Source of the DNA: an uncultured Methanotrichaceae archaeon
GTDB lineage: Archaea > Halobacteriota > Methanosarcinia > Methanotrichales > Methanotrichaceae
Length of the DNA: 64,000 nt
Direction of reading: 5' to 3'
NCBI GenBank assembly: GCA_964518035.1
Contig: CAZFFD010000001.1
Coordinates: 9,386 to 73,385 of the forward strand
Of this stretch, positions 38,410 to 47,917 are shown piece after piece; position 1 is the first letter of the stretch, and each line of letters starts with the position of its first letter. The position numbers and the translations under genes are program-made. The notes under the pieces are model-generated. The model made no database searches. It was not told the DNA's origin and saw only the letters and a list, made by a program, of their open reading frames with translations.

Positions 38410-38435
38410 GAGCTGGCACGATGTTTTGCCAGCTC
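38410..38435. terminator. Perfect 9-bp stem hairpin between convergent genes (possible bidirectional terminator)
   Basis: GAGCTGGCA (38410-38418), an 8-nt loop containing TTTT, then TGCCAGCTC (38427-38435). It sits between the stops at 38395 (+) and 38441 (-). Confidence 0.5.
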
Positions 38436-38440
38436 TGGCT

Positions 38441-38818
38441 TTACATAACCTCGATCAGGACGCTTCCGTGGCCAAGGCTGCCCTCTGCATCCTTTGCCTT
38501 TAGGCCGATCATATGGTGCCCTTTGCTCAGTTTGGATGGATTGTAGCGGAAGGTGCTCTTTGTGGATAGCGCTCCGTCAATGCTCGAACTCCAGCTATAG
38601 GCATATGGCCCCTTGCCTCCTTTTACGTTGCCGCTGAATGTGATGTCATCATTGCCTTGCAGGATCTCTCCGGCTTTTGGAGAGGATATGGTCACGATGA
38701 GATTTTCTTTGTTTCCCTCTGTCGTTTTTATGGAATTCTTGCTTACAGAGTCCTTCGGTCCGATGCAACCCGCAGCAAGAAGCACAAGGCATATCGCGAT
38801 TAATAGCAGTCCTTTCAT
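38441..38818 (-). CDS. Small secreted or lipid-anchored Ig/PKD-like domain protein (hypothetical)
   Basis: 125 aa. Signal peptide with a lipobox-like LAAGC, followed by a single beta-rich domain (GKGPYAYSWSSSIDG resembles a PKD-type motif). Confidence 0.5.
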   Translation of the reverse strand: MKGLLLIAICLVLLAAGCIGPKDSVSKNSIKTTEGNKENLIVTISSPKAGEILQGNDDITFSGNVKGGKGPYAYSWSSSIDGALSTKSTFRYNPSKLSKGHHMIGLKAKDAEGSLGHGSVLIEVM

Positions 38819-38948
38819 GGGAGTGTTCAGTTGACTTGCGAGAATTTAGCTTCTTCTCTCATGTATGCAGCCCCATGAGCAGCCTTATGTCCTCGCTGTG
38901 ATCCGAAAGCCCAAAACCTTTTTACCCTTTCGAAAAGCACCCCTCTAC

Positions 38949-40166
38949 ATGGATATACTTGCTGATGTCGGAGGAAGACCTGGCCTGGACTGCAATGGCT
39001 TTTGCAGCTACTGCTATTTTAGAGGAGTGAAAAGCGTCCCGCCCTTCGGCTGCAAGTTCTGCATGCCCTTCAAGAAGGGCTGCGACTACTGCTCACGGGC
39101 GATTGTTGAGGGCTACCCAGGCTTCAAGCCAATGGACGCCGTCCTATTCGAAGTGGCAGGAAAATGCATGGGCGAGATCCCGGATAAGGTCACCATCAGC
39201 GGCGGAGGGGACCTGAGCTGCTATCCTGATCTCCTGCCCCTCACCGAGACCCTCTCGCAGGGCATGGTGCCGATTGCTTTAGGCTACACATCAGGAAAAG
39301 GATTCAAGAAGGCTGATGACGCCGCCGCCCTGATCGATGCAGGCGTCACTGAGGTCTCTTTTACGGTATTCTCTACTAGGCCCGAACTGCGCAGAAAATA
39401 CATGAACGACAGGAACGCGGAGATCGCATTATCCAACCTTGAGATCTTCTGCAAGAGCTGCCAGGTTTACTGCGCCGTCGTGCTGCTCCCTGGCATCAAC
39501 GATGGAGCAGAGCTTGAAAAAACCTGCAGCGACCTCGAGGATATGGGGGCAAAAGGCCTCATTCTGATGAGGTTTGCCAATGCCCGTGATCAGGGCCTGA
39601 TCCTCAACAATGCCCCCATCATCGAGGGCATAACACCCCACAAGATCGAGGAGTTCCGAGACATAGTCACCAATACAGCAAAGAGTCATAGGCTGCGGGT
39701 CACCGGAACGCCTCTTTGGGACCCGGTCACAAAAGCGCCCTTCGCGCTCGCCAGCCATCCGGAGAAGGTCTCCACTCTGCCTTCCATTCGCCGGAGCGCA
39801 ACAATCATTACCAGCAGAGTGGCCGAGCCTCTGCTTTCTGCCATATTCAAGCAAATGGGCGAAAAAGTCAATGTGATGTCTCTTCAAAAGGACGTAGGCT
39901 GCCTGATAACAATCGATGACTTCATGGATCTGGATTTGAGCCAGGTCAAGGGCACAGTCATCATTCCTGGCCGGACTCTAGCCCATGAAAAAGAGATCAA
40001 AAAGGCTCTTGCCCGTGACGGCCAGAACAGAATCGTGGCGCGGGGCCCGGACAGGCTTACAGTAGACGGCGAGATGAGCATCTCCATGAGCGAGGAGGAG
40101 GTTATTGATCTGGAGATGGAGGCCTTTGGAGAGTTGATCGAGGCCATCAATGCTCTGGGGATTTAG
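38949..40166 (+). CDS. mmp10: Methanogenesis marker protein 10 (Mmp10), radical SAM methyltransferase for McrA 5-methylarginine
   Basis: Starting at ATG 38949 gives MDILADVGGRPGLDCNGFCSYCYF. This places the CxxxCxxC cluster Cys at positions 15, 19 and 22, as I recall for Mmp10. About 405 aa. The track start 38865 adds 28 aa. Confidence 0.7.
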   Translation: MDILADVGGRPGLDCNGFCSYCYFRGVKSVPPFGCKFCMPFKKGCDYCSRAIVEGYPGFKPMDAVLFEVAGKCMGEIPDKVTISGGGDLSCYPDLLPLTETLSQGMVPIALGYTSGKGFKKADDAAALIDAGVTEVSFTVFSTRPELRRKYMNDRNAEIALSNLEIFCKSCQVYCAVVLLPGINDGAELEKTCSDLEDMGAKGLILMRFANARDQGLILNNAPIIEGITPHKIEEFRDIVTNTAKSHRLRVTGTPLWDPVTKAPFALASHPEKVSTLPSIRRSATIITSRVAEPLLSAIFKQMGEKVNVMSLQKDVGCLITIDDFMDLDLSQVKGTVIIPGRTLAHEKEIKKALARDGQNRIVARGPDRLTVDGEMSISMSEEEVIDLEMEAFGELIEAINALGI

Positions 40167-40230
40167 TGGCAGAGTCTTCGTGGCAGGCCTGGCAGCACGA
40201 CAGGAGAGCTGACTTTGGCTCATCCATCTC

Positions 40231-41016
40231 TCATTTTCCGTCCTCCTTCCGGGCTACAATTATGATCGAGTAAGAGCCGTCCACGTCCTCCACAGTTGGA
40301 TAAGCCGCAACATAAGAGAGCCATCGAATCATCTTCGGAGAATGCATGGCCGGCTCGTCGCCGAGCCTTCCCGCGAGCCTCTTTGCATTGACCAGCTGCT
40401 GCTCTCTTCTGAATAATGCTTTAGACCATGACTGGCCCAGCCTGTAGATAACCTTCATATCGTTCTGCTGGACCAGCCGTTTTAGGGACTTGAAATTAAA
40501 CCACTGTTTATGAGACTTATTTCTCGGCAGCCCTGTGCTGTCGCCTGATTCCGAGAGGACGTTAGGGACCGAGCAGATGAAAAAGCCGCCTGGCTTCAGA
40601 ATTTTCGAGAACTGGGATACGGCCCGAAATGGATCAAGCAGATGCTCGATGGTCTCGAAGCTGACCACAGCGGCAGCGCTGCCTTCGTGAATCTCAGGGC
40701 ACAGGTCCTCTTCGTCCAGGTTCTTGCAGAGAAAATGCAGTTTGTCTGTCTGAAAACTCTGCCGGGCCGCTTCCACCAGGGCTGGGCAGCCATCGACCCC
40801 AATCACCTTTTCGGCTACGTCTGCCAGCTCTGCGGATCCGTACCCCCTGCCGGAGGATATATCGGCCACCAGACCGGGCTTGAGGGGTCTGAGAAAGTCG
40901 GCGGCAAATAGGTATCTTCCCAGGTACTCGGCCTTTCGCCAGACGTTTCCGTCTGCAGCATCGAAGGGATCAATTTGATCCGGACCGCTTCCGCCGTACG
41001 CTAAATATGATGACAT
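40231..41016 (-). CDS. Class I SAM-dependent methyltransferase
   Basis: 261 aa. Motif I VADISSGRGYGS, motif II-like VVSFETIEHL, and post-motif LKPGGFFICSVPN. Confidence 0.8.
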   Translation of the reverse strand: MSSYLAYGGSGPDQIDPFDAADGNVWRKAEYLGRYLFAADFLRPLKPGLVADISSGRGYGSAELADVAEKVIGVDGCPALVEAARQSFQTDKLHFLCKNLDEEDLCPEIHEGSAAAVVSFETIEHLLDPFRAVSQFSKILKPGGFFICSVPNVLSESGDSTGLPRNKSHKQWFNFKSLKRLVQQNDMKVIYRLGQSWSKALFRREQQLVNAKRLAGRLGDEPAMHSPKMIRWLSYVAAYPTVEDVDGSYSIIIVARKEDGK

Positions 41017-41074
41017 CTCTGATGAACAATTGAATGCTAACTATTTATGCATTGAGATCGCAGACATGGGTCTC

Positions 41075-41776
41075 ATGAAAGTATTGGCAATTAACGGCAG
41101 CCCTCACAAGGATGAGGGTAATACTGCAATGATTCTCGGACCTTTCCTTGAGGGCATGAAGGAAGAGGGCTGTGATGTAGAGGTTCTTTTCGTCAAAGAT
41201 CTCGATATCAAGCCGTGCAATGCAGACATGAGCTGCTGGTTTGCTAATCCCGGCACCTGCTATCAGTTGGATGATATGCAGATGGTCCTGCCAAAGATCA
41301 AAGAGGCAGATGTCATAGTTTGGGCGAGTCCTGTCTACTACTCAGGCATGACAGGCCCCCTCAAAATTCTGATGGACAGGCAGCTGCCGTTGTCCATAGT
41401 TCGAAATAGAGCCAAGAAGCAGAAGGTGGTTCTCGTCTCAACCTGTAGCGCCTGGGAGCTTTCCGTGTTCGATCCCCTGATTGTGCAGATGAAAGCCCTC
41501 TACGGGAATCCGGAAGAAGGCTACGAGTTTGCCGGAGCCCTGCTCCGTCCAATGGCCGACAGCATGAGAGAGATGATCAAGGCCGGTGAGACTGCAATGG
41601 TTGACCGCGTCTTTCAGGCAGCGAAGAAGGCTGGCAGCCAGCTAGCTAAAGAGGGAAAGATCTCAGAGGATCTCAGCCAGCAGGTAAGCCGAGAGCTGAT
41701 GCCCCGCGATGCATATTACAAGGCAATGGAGCTGGCACTTGATCAGATCAAAAAGGCTGCAGGAAAAAGTCCTTAG
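41075..41776 (+). CDS. Flavodoxin-like fold NAD(P)H-dependent FMN reductase family protein
   Basis: MKVLAINGSPHKDEGNT N-terminus and IVWASPVYYSGMTGPLK, typical of the FMN_red / iron-sulfur flavoprotein-like family. ATG 41075 is preferred over TTG 41030. Confidence 0.7.
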   Translation: MKVLAINGSPHKDEGNTAMILGPFLEGMKEEGCDVEVLFVKDLDIKPCNADMSCWFANPGTCYQLDDMQMVLPKIKEADVIVWASPVYYSGMTGPLKILMDRQLPLSIVRNRAKKQKVVLVSTCSAWELSVFDPLIVQMKALYGNPEEGYEFAGALLRPMADSMREMIKAGETAMVDRVFQAAKKAGSQLAKEGKISEDLSQQVSRELMPRDAYYKAMELALDQIKKAAGKSP

Positions 41777-41777
41777 A

Positions 41778-42410
41778 ATGTTGCTTCTCGGCGCAGATGA
41801 GGCTGGAAAGGGCCCTGTCATTGGTTCGATGTTTGTGGCCGGGCTTGTGATCGATGAGGAGAGGCTCTTTGACCTGGCGGGCTTCGGAGTCAAGGACTCC
41901 AAGCTCCTCTCTCCTGCGAGAAGAGAGGTGCTGGCCAAAAAGATCGCAGGCATTGCTACAGACCAGTTCATTCTTGAGGTCAAGCCCCAGATGATCGATG
42001 AGCTGCGAGAGGTCATGACAATGAACGAGATCATGGTCAGAAGCTTCTCTACAGTTGTTGCAAAGCTTCATGCCGACAGGGCAATGCTTGATGCTGCGGA
42101 CGTGAATGCACAGAGGTTTGCCAATCGTGTGAAGGCAGCCAGCAAGACTGAAATGCTGGTCCAGGCTGAGCACAAAGCAGACCAGCATCATCAGGTCGTC
42201 TCTGCTGCCTCGATTCTGGCCAAGGTGCGGCGGGATGCCTCCATGCGTGAACTGGAGGAGGTCATGCACTGCAAGATCGGCAGCGGCTATCCTCACGATC
42301 AGGATACATTGAACTTTTTGAGCCAATGGGTGAAGGAGAACCGGGATCTTCCCCCCTGCGCCAGGCATAGCTGGAAGACGGCCCAGCGTATAAAAGCTAG
42401 TTTTATATAG
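41778..42410 (+). CDS. rnhB: Ribonuclease HII
   Basis: MLLLGADEAGKGPVIGSMFVAG (catalytic DEAG motif), DSKLLS, and SAASILAKVRRD. ATG 41778 lies 1 nt after the upstream stop. Confidence 0.9.
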   Translation: MLLLGADEAGKGPVIGSMFVAGLVIDEERLFDLAGFGVKDSKLLSPARREVLAKKIAGIATDQFILEVKPQMIDELREVMTMNEIMVRSFSTVVAKLHADRAMLDAADVNAQRFANRVKAASKTEMLVQAEHKADQHHQVVSAASILAKVRRDASMRELEEVMHCKIGSGYPHDQDTLNFLSQWVKENRDLPPCARHSWKTAQRIKASFI

Positions 42411-42450
42411 GCTGCCTGAAACTAGTTGGCGCAATAGAAGAAGGGATCTC

Positions 42451-43596
42451 ATGGATATAGAGGATACTTTGCTCATGATTCCGGGACCCGTAAAGGTCGC
42501 GCCTCGCGTTTTACGTGCCCTTTCGCGTCCCATGATCAGCCACCGAAGCGGCGACTTCAGCGCAATTTACGGCGACTGCCTGGGGCTTCTCAAGCAGTTC
42601 TTCGAGACCAAGAACGATGTTGTTGTGATGACCGGCAGCGGCACTGTTGGCATGGATGCGGCTGTATCCGGGCTCATAGGCCGTGACGACAAGATTGTGA
42701 CCATATCCAACGGCAAGTTCGGCGAGAGGTTCACCGAGATTGGCGAGAGATATGGCAAAGCAATTCCAGTGAAGTTTGAGTGGGGCACACCCTTCGACCT
42801 GGACCGCGTTGAGGCTGCTCTCGAAGAGGGCGCTAAGGCCGTGGCTATGGTTCACAATGAGACCTCAGTCGGCCTCACAAATCCAGCAAAGGAAGTGGGC
42901 AAGCTCGCCAGAAAACACGATGCGGTCTTCATCGTAGACGGCATATCCTCGATAGGCGGAAACGAGTTTTTGACAGACGAGTGGGGCATAGACATCGCCA
43001 TCACAGGCTCGCAGAAAGCTCTGGCTATTCCACCCGGCCTCGCAGTGGTCTCCACATCGCCGAGAGCCGAAGAGAGATTGTTGCCAAAGAGCGGCAGCTA
43101 TTACGCCGACCTCAAGGCCCACCTGAAGAGCATGAGAAAGAGCCAGCCACAGACGCCGTTCACCCCGGCAGTATCGTTGTTCTTTGCAATGCAGGAGTCG
43201 CTTCACATGGCTGCTGAGGACGGATTTGCTGCACGAAGGGCAAGGACCGCTAGGCAGGCCGAGTCGGTCCGCGCTGCTGCCAAAGCTCTTGGCATCGAGC
43301 TGTTCCCGCGCGTCAACGAGCACTCTCACTACTCAAACACTGTGACCGCCATGAAGATCCCGGCGGGCGTCACGGATGACCAGCTCCGGGGTGGTATGAA
43401 GAAGCAGGGCGTGATCGTCTCCGGCGGTCAGGATGCGATCAAGGGCAAGATCTTCAGGATCGGAACGATGGGAGTATGCTCCACAGGCGACATCCTGCGA
43501 ACCATCCAGACGCTCGAGCTAATCCTGGCCAAGCAGGGCAAGATCGCCTCCTGCGGCGCGGGAGTCGAGGCTGCAAGCCAGGTGCTGGGGATTTAA
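42451..43596 (+). CDS. Class V pyridoxal-phosphate aminotransferase (serine-pyruvate / alanine-glyoxylate / phosphoserine aminotransferase family)
   Basis: 381 aa. LLMIPGPV N-terminus, GSGTVGMDAA, and the PLP-Lys region ITGSQKALAIPPG. Confidence 0.85.
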   Translation: MDIEDTLLMIPGPVKVAPRVLRALSRPMISHRSGDFSAIYGDCLGLLKQFFETKNDVVVMTGSGTVGMDAAVSGLIGRDDKIVTISNGKFGERFTEIGERYGKAIPVKFEWGTPFDLDRVEAALEEGAKAVAMVHNETSVGLTNPAKEVGKLARKHDAVFIVDGISSIGGNEFLTDEWGIDIAITGSQKALAIPPGLAVVSTSPRAEERLLPKSGSYYADLKAHLKSMRKSQPQTPFTPAVSLFFAMQESLHMAAEDGFAARRARTARQAESVRAAAKALGIELFPRVNEHSHYSNTVTAMKIPAGVTDDQLRGGMKKQGVIVSGGQDAIKGKIFRIGTMGVCSTGDILRTIQTLELILAKQGKIASCGAGVEAASQVLGI

Positions 43597-43597
43597 C

Positions 43598-43605
43598 TTT
43601 TTTTT
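43598..43605 (+). terminator. Oligo-T tract (archaeal intrinsic terminator type)
   Basis: T8 run beginning 2 nt after the aminotransferase stop codon. Confidence 0.45.
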
Positions 43606-43694
43606 GTTCACATTAATTTAAATATTTTCTATAATTTTTGCCTGATTTTTGTGATCTTCATGAGAATTTGAGCAGCAAGCTCGGGCAAAAAGCC

Positions 43695-43702
43695 TTTATA
43701 AT
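43695..43702 (+). promoter_or_regulatory. TATA-box-like element upstream of the tubulin-like operon
   Basis: TTTATAAT lies 49 nt upstream of the first possible start (TTG 43751), in a 154-nt A+T-rich intergenic region. Confidence 0.4.
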
Positions 43703-43750
43703 TGTGATAGGTGTAGAGTAACATTCGGTATTTAATGGGGGTTAAGGCTT

Positions 43751-46700
43751 TTGAGCAGAATTATAGCAGACATGATCGATAAAGTATCGGAATTATGTCC
43801 ATCATTATTTAAGAGTTCCAGAAGAAATGGTTCTCGTCTCGCGTTATTCCTATTATTGATATACACAATTTCTGCCTTGGCCCTTGCCCCGACATGTGCA
43901 GCCCAGAGCGGATATGAGATCCGAAATGCTATTGTAAGTCCAGAGTACGGCAACGAGGACTTCACCTACTCGGCTGAGGTATGGATGAGCGACCAGGCAG
44001 CCGCTGAGGTTGGTGCTCTTGCAGTAACTCAATTCAGTCTAAAGCTGAACATTTACAACGACGGCAAGCTCGTCCATTCTGACTCCTCAGATCAGAGGGG
44101 AATGGGTAAGAGCTCTTTTGTCTTCGGCCCCTACAACTTTAAAAATAGGTTCGGCATATCTGAGACGGAAAATGCCACATTCGAGTTCGTCTTCTATGCA
44201 GGTGGCCAGCAGGTCGCAAAGACCAAGAGACTGCTGGGTCCAATTGTCAAGCCCCCAAATCTGACGGGCACTCCGCTGTTTGACAGAACGCCATATTTCT
44301 TCCAGGGCCTCTCAGTCTCAGCAGGCTTCCGGGATATGGACGGCCTCGACCCCAAGCCGACCTGCCACCTTGTAATCTCAGGCCCGATAGGAAAGAGCGA
44401 AAGCAGGATCTGGGAAACGGCAGATGTCTCATGTCGCTCCTCAGGCAATAGCGCCTACACCTGCACACTCAACGAAGACCTCTCCCAATACAGAGACGGC
44501 GGAAACTTCAGCTTCAAGATTGTCTACAACAACCTCAAGGCGCAGCCCCTCAGCTTTGGCCCTTACAATATCACCCTTCGCCCATACACTCCCACTGCAG
44601 ACAGCTTAAAGATCGACAGGAATCTTGATTACACCAATTTCACCATTTCAGCCACCGTTAAAGATGCCTCTGCAAAGCTTGATGAGAGCCTTCCGCAAGG
44701 CCGGCTCATAATAAGCCGTCCGGGCAAGGCAGAAGTAGCTTATGTTTCAACCGAGCCGGAGATTCTCGGCGAAAAGGCGGTCTTTAAATGGACAAATGAA
44801 AATGAACCCGCCCTCTTCAACAGGAGCGATGTAGATCTGAGCAAGGTTGCGCCGTTTTCTGCCAGATTGGAGTACACGAACGAAAGATGGAACCTCTCTG
44901 CCATGAGCCCGACTGCGAGCTTCAACGTCGTAGAGGAGGTTCCAAAGCTGATCAATCCATCGATTCCCGAAAACGTTTACGTATCCTCTGGCGAGATATC
45001 GGCTCAGGAGATGGCTGTGACCGTCGCCTACAGCAAGGGTCCGGGAGACCTCGATGTAAGGCTCGCCGGCCCCTCAATGGATTATGAGTCCACAAACGCT
45101 CCAACCCCGTTGGGTGGCAACAAGTATCAGTACCGCTGGCAGGTCGAATTCGATGATAGCCACGTTAATAACAATTACACGCTGTCCATGTCATTCGTCC
45201 ATGATCAGGTTGAAGGCGGCAGGTATGATTTTGATGACAGAACCATACACGTCTCCCCGGTCTCAGTCCGGTTCCTGCAGGCCAGCGTCGATTCTCTTGC
45301 CGGATGGTGGAATGATAGCTACACTTACTCGCTTAAGATGGACACCACAGTTCCAGTCAAGGTTCAGCTCCAGGTCTATGACCCATGTAGTAGTGACTGG
45401 ATCAAGAAGCAGACAAAGGACGTGGCGGCAGGGACTGCCAGCGCCATCAACTGGACCCTTCAGCCATTTGCATATGATTGTCAGGAGATGGCGGGTCAGA
45501 ACGCAAAGTACAGGTTCAAAGCCATATTCTCGGGCGAGGAGATTGCATCATCTAGGGCTTATGATGGTCCCAGCTTCCTCGGAGCCAAGCCTGTTTTGGT
45601 GTCCATTTCACCTCAGAGCAATCCAATGGTTGTCTACGTATCAGACGAGGGTGCTTCCAGCAGCGTTTCTGCTACAGTCGAGTATGCAGCAGGGCAGGGC
45701 CAGGCCGCTATTCGCCTGGAGGGGCCGGACGGAACCCTGAAGGTGGATGAGCAGAGCCGCGGAGTTGCTCTTGGCGCGAACAGGTACAGATACGACTGGA
45801 GCCTGCCCTTCGATCTGGCAGATGCTGATAAGAGCTTCAATTTGAGCCTTTCCTACAGCCACGCCACGCTTTCAAGCGAGTATCCGCTAGCCGAAAGAAC
45901 TGTAGTTGTCCAGCCCGTCTCCATTAAGTTTGGAGAGGAAGGTGCATCGGTTTCGCCAAACAAGGGAAGATGGAATGATACCTTTGTCTATTCAGTGCCT
46001 GTGGCATCCACCGTCGATGCGGCAGTCAAGCTGCAGGTCTATAACTCATGCAGCCACACCTGGGCAGAGAGGGCCTCAGGAAAGGTTATCGCAGGTGAGA
46101 CGTTGCTCAACATGACTGCGAAGCCGTTCAAGAGCAAGTGCGCTGATTCGGAAGGGGATGTGGCCATCTATCGTTTCGTTGCCAGCTTCGAGGATAATGC
46201 CTTCGAGTCAGATGTTCATTACGGTCCGAGCATCAGCGGCGGAAAGCCTGAACTGATTTCAGTGGACTACAATCCGGTGTTGCATGTGTCCGTTAATTCG
46301 CCCGCCTATCAGTCTGTCAAGGCGATAGTTGACCTGCCGCAGGGACAGGATGCGATTGAGATCACAACAGTTGGTCCGAATAAGAGTCCCGTTACCGAAG
46401 AGATGAATGGTGTCTATCTGGGTGCAACTCGATACTTATTCACCTGGTCGAAAGAGTATGGCAAAGATGATGTCGGAAACTACACGCTCGACATCAAAAA
46501 TGTCCATCCGCAAACCTCAGGAGGAGAAATAACGTTCTCCGGGACAATGGCGGTCGTCCTGGATGAAGCCAGTTCAGGACTGGAGCCAAAGGCCATCGGG
46601 GACGTGAGCTACCTGCCGGTGCTGTTCGTCACTGCCGAAAAAGGGGCCAGCCAGGCGTTTTTCGCTGAGGTCTACTCGCCCGGAGGCAAGGGAACAATGA

Positions 46701-47917
46701 CATTGAATTTGACAGGTGTCGGCAAAAGCCGGGCGGTTGAGATGAGTGCTACCGAGATGGGTGCAAATCGGTATAGATATGATTATGCGGAGCCGTTTGA
46801 TGCATCGAACGCAGGCAACAACTACATGTTCTCATTGGACTATCAATTGGACGGCAAGAGATATGCGTTATTTGACGACCATATTATGCAGGTGGCATTA
46901 GAGGGAACAGAGCCGGAGCCGATATGGGAGCCCAAGCTCATTTTGGAGTATGACACAACCCTGTATGTGCCAGCGGGTGGAAAAGCAGATCAGCTCATCC
47001 ATGCTACCATCAACTACACCGAAAGCGGAGGCATTCTCAAGTTGAATCTGACAGGTCCGAGCAAGAATTTGACCGAAAGCTTGAGCGACAGAGCTATCGG
47101 AGTTGATAGGTATCTGTACGAGGCCGATATTCCATTTGATGAAAACGACATTGGCAATAGCTTTACAATATCTCTCGCATTCAATCACACGAGTCTCGCC
47201 GGCGGAGATTACAGGTTTGCCGATCATTACATGAGGGTTCTCAAGAAAGCTCCTCTGAGTCAGCAGGGCTCTTCCGGAGCCGGGGACAGTGGACAGGGCA
47301 ATCGCGTCTTTGACAACAGCACGGTGACAGTAATTGGCAATGTAACGCCTGGGGTAGGAGTCATCCAGGCATGGGATGAGAAAGATCCCCTTCATGCATT
47401 GACGTATACTCTGCAGCTTCTTAACTGGAGCTCCAAACAGGTGCCCTGGATAGAGCTGTCTGTAAGGCCGTTCGGATCTGATTCGCCCTGGAAGATCGTA
47501 GGGGATAAGAAACGATATAATCCCACCACCGGAAGCGTGAGCTGGACCCTCAAGCCCTTCTGGGAGACGCCGTTCTTTGGATTAGCCGAGTACAGGTTCC
47601 TGATTGACGGAGCCGAGACGGAGGCATTTAAGGGGCCAGAAATCGTGGCAGTAGTATCCGACGCGGCTGATAGCATAAGCGGCAAGATACATTACTTCGA
47701 AGCAACGGTTAATGCTTCAGAGAACCTGACTGTATGCATGGTTGGTGGAGACAGCAGTCTTCCTGAGAACATCAAGGTCTGGACGACCGAGGGCCAATGC
47801 CAATATTATCAGGCGGATAGCGGTGATCAGACATACAAATGGCAAACGGCTGTGGCTCAAGCCCCTCCGTACTACGATTTCGATATACAGATTAGGGACG
47901 AGGAGAGCATAAAATGA
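43751..47917 (+). CDS. Giant secreted repeat glycoprotein (hypothetical; alternating ~100-aa beta-rich modules)
   Basis: 1388 aa. Signal peptide RRNGSRLALFLLLIYTISALALAPTCAAQ. There are five copies of a module carrying G.NRY.Y.W...FD....N(Y/F).(L/F)SLS(Y/F).H, plus at least three or four copies of a second module with a conserved Cys pair and the Y(R/E)F...GP(S/E)I pattern. About 25 N-x-S/T sequons. The start is TTG 43751 or ATG 43772. Confidence 0.75.
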   Translation: MSRIIADMIDKVSELCPSLFKSSRRNGSRLALFLLLIYTISALALAPTCAAQSGYEIRNAIVSPEYGNEDFTYSAEVWMSDQAAAEVGALAVTQFSLKLNIYNDGKLVHSDSSDQRGMGKSSFVFGPYNFKNRFGISETENATFEFVFYAGGQQVAKTKRLLGPIVKPPNLTGTPLFDRTPYFFQGLSVSAGFRDMDGLDPKPTCHLVISGPIGKSESRIWETADVSCRSSGNSAYTCTLNEDLSQYRDGGNFSFKIVYNNLKAQPLSFGPYNITLRPYTPTADSLKIDRNLDYTNFTISATVKDASAKLDESLPQGRLIISRPGKAEVAYVSTEPEILGEKAVFKWTNENEPALFNRSDVDLSKVAPFSARLEYTNERWNLSAMSPTASFNVVEEVPKLINPSIPENVYVSSGEISAQEMAVTVAYSKGPGDLDVRLAGPSMDYESTNAPTPLGGNKYQYRWQVEFDDSHVNNNYTLSMSFVHDQVEGGRYDFDDRTIHVSPVSVRFLQASVDSLAGWWNDSYTYSLKMDTTVPVKVQLQVYDPCSSDWIKKQTKDVAAGTASAINWTLQPFAYDCQEMAGQNAKYRFKAIFSGEEIASSRAYDGPSFLGAKPVLVSISPQSNPMVVYVSDEGASSSVSATVEYAAGQGQAAIRLEGPDGTLKVDEQSRGVALGANRYRYDWSLPFDLADADKSFNLSLSYSHATLSSEYPLAERTVVVQPVSIKFGEEGASVSPNKGRWNDTFVYSVPVASTVDAAVKLQVYNSCSHTWAERASGKVIAGETLLNMTAKPFKSKCADSEGDVAIYRFVASFEDNAFESDVHYGPSISGGKPELISVDYNPVLHVSVNSPAYQSVKAIVDLPQGQDAIEITTVGPNKSPVTEEMNGVYLGATRYLFTWSKEYGKDDVGNYTLDIKNVHPQTSGGEITFSGTMAVVLDEASSGLEPKAIGDVSYLPVLFVTAEKGASQAFFAEVYSPGGKGTMTLNLTGVGKSRAVEMSATEMGANRYRYDYAEPFDASNAGNNYMFSLDYQLDGKRYALFDDHIMQVALEGTEPEPIWEPKLILEYDTTLYVPAGGKADQLIHATINYTESGGILKLNLTGPSKNLTESLSDRAIGVDRYLYEADIPFDENDIGNSFTISLAFNHTSLAGGDYRFADHYMRVLKKAPLSQQGSSGAGDSGQGNRVFDNSTVTVIGNVTPGVGVIQAWDEKDPLHALTYTLQLLNWSSKQVPWIELSVRPFGSDSPWKIVGDKKRYNPTTGSVSWTLKPFWETPFFGLAEYRFLIDGAETEAFKGPEIVAVVSDAADSISGKIHYFEATVNASENLTVCMVGGDSSLPENIKVWTTEGQCQYYQADSGDQTYKWQTAVAQAPPYYDFDIQIRDEESIK

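Noticed and set aside
43820-43840. An Arg-Arg pair in the signal region of the giant protein (SSRRNGSRLALF), considered as a twin-arginine (Tat) signal.
   Set aside because: The context does not match (S/T)RRxFLK well. A 1388-aa heavily glycosylated protein is more plausibly a Sec substrate. Left unresolved rather than called.
45084-45740. A 218-aa same-strand, out-of-frame ORF inside the giant glycoprotein gene.
   Set aside because: The translation is Arg/Ser/Pro-rich and lacks the repeat periodicity seen in the main frame. The main frame is continuous and internally repetitive across this region.
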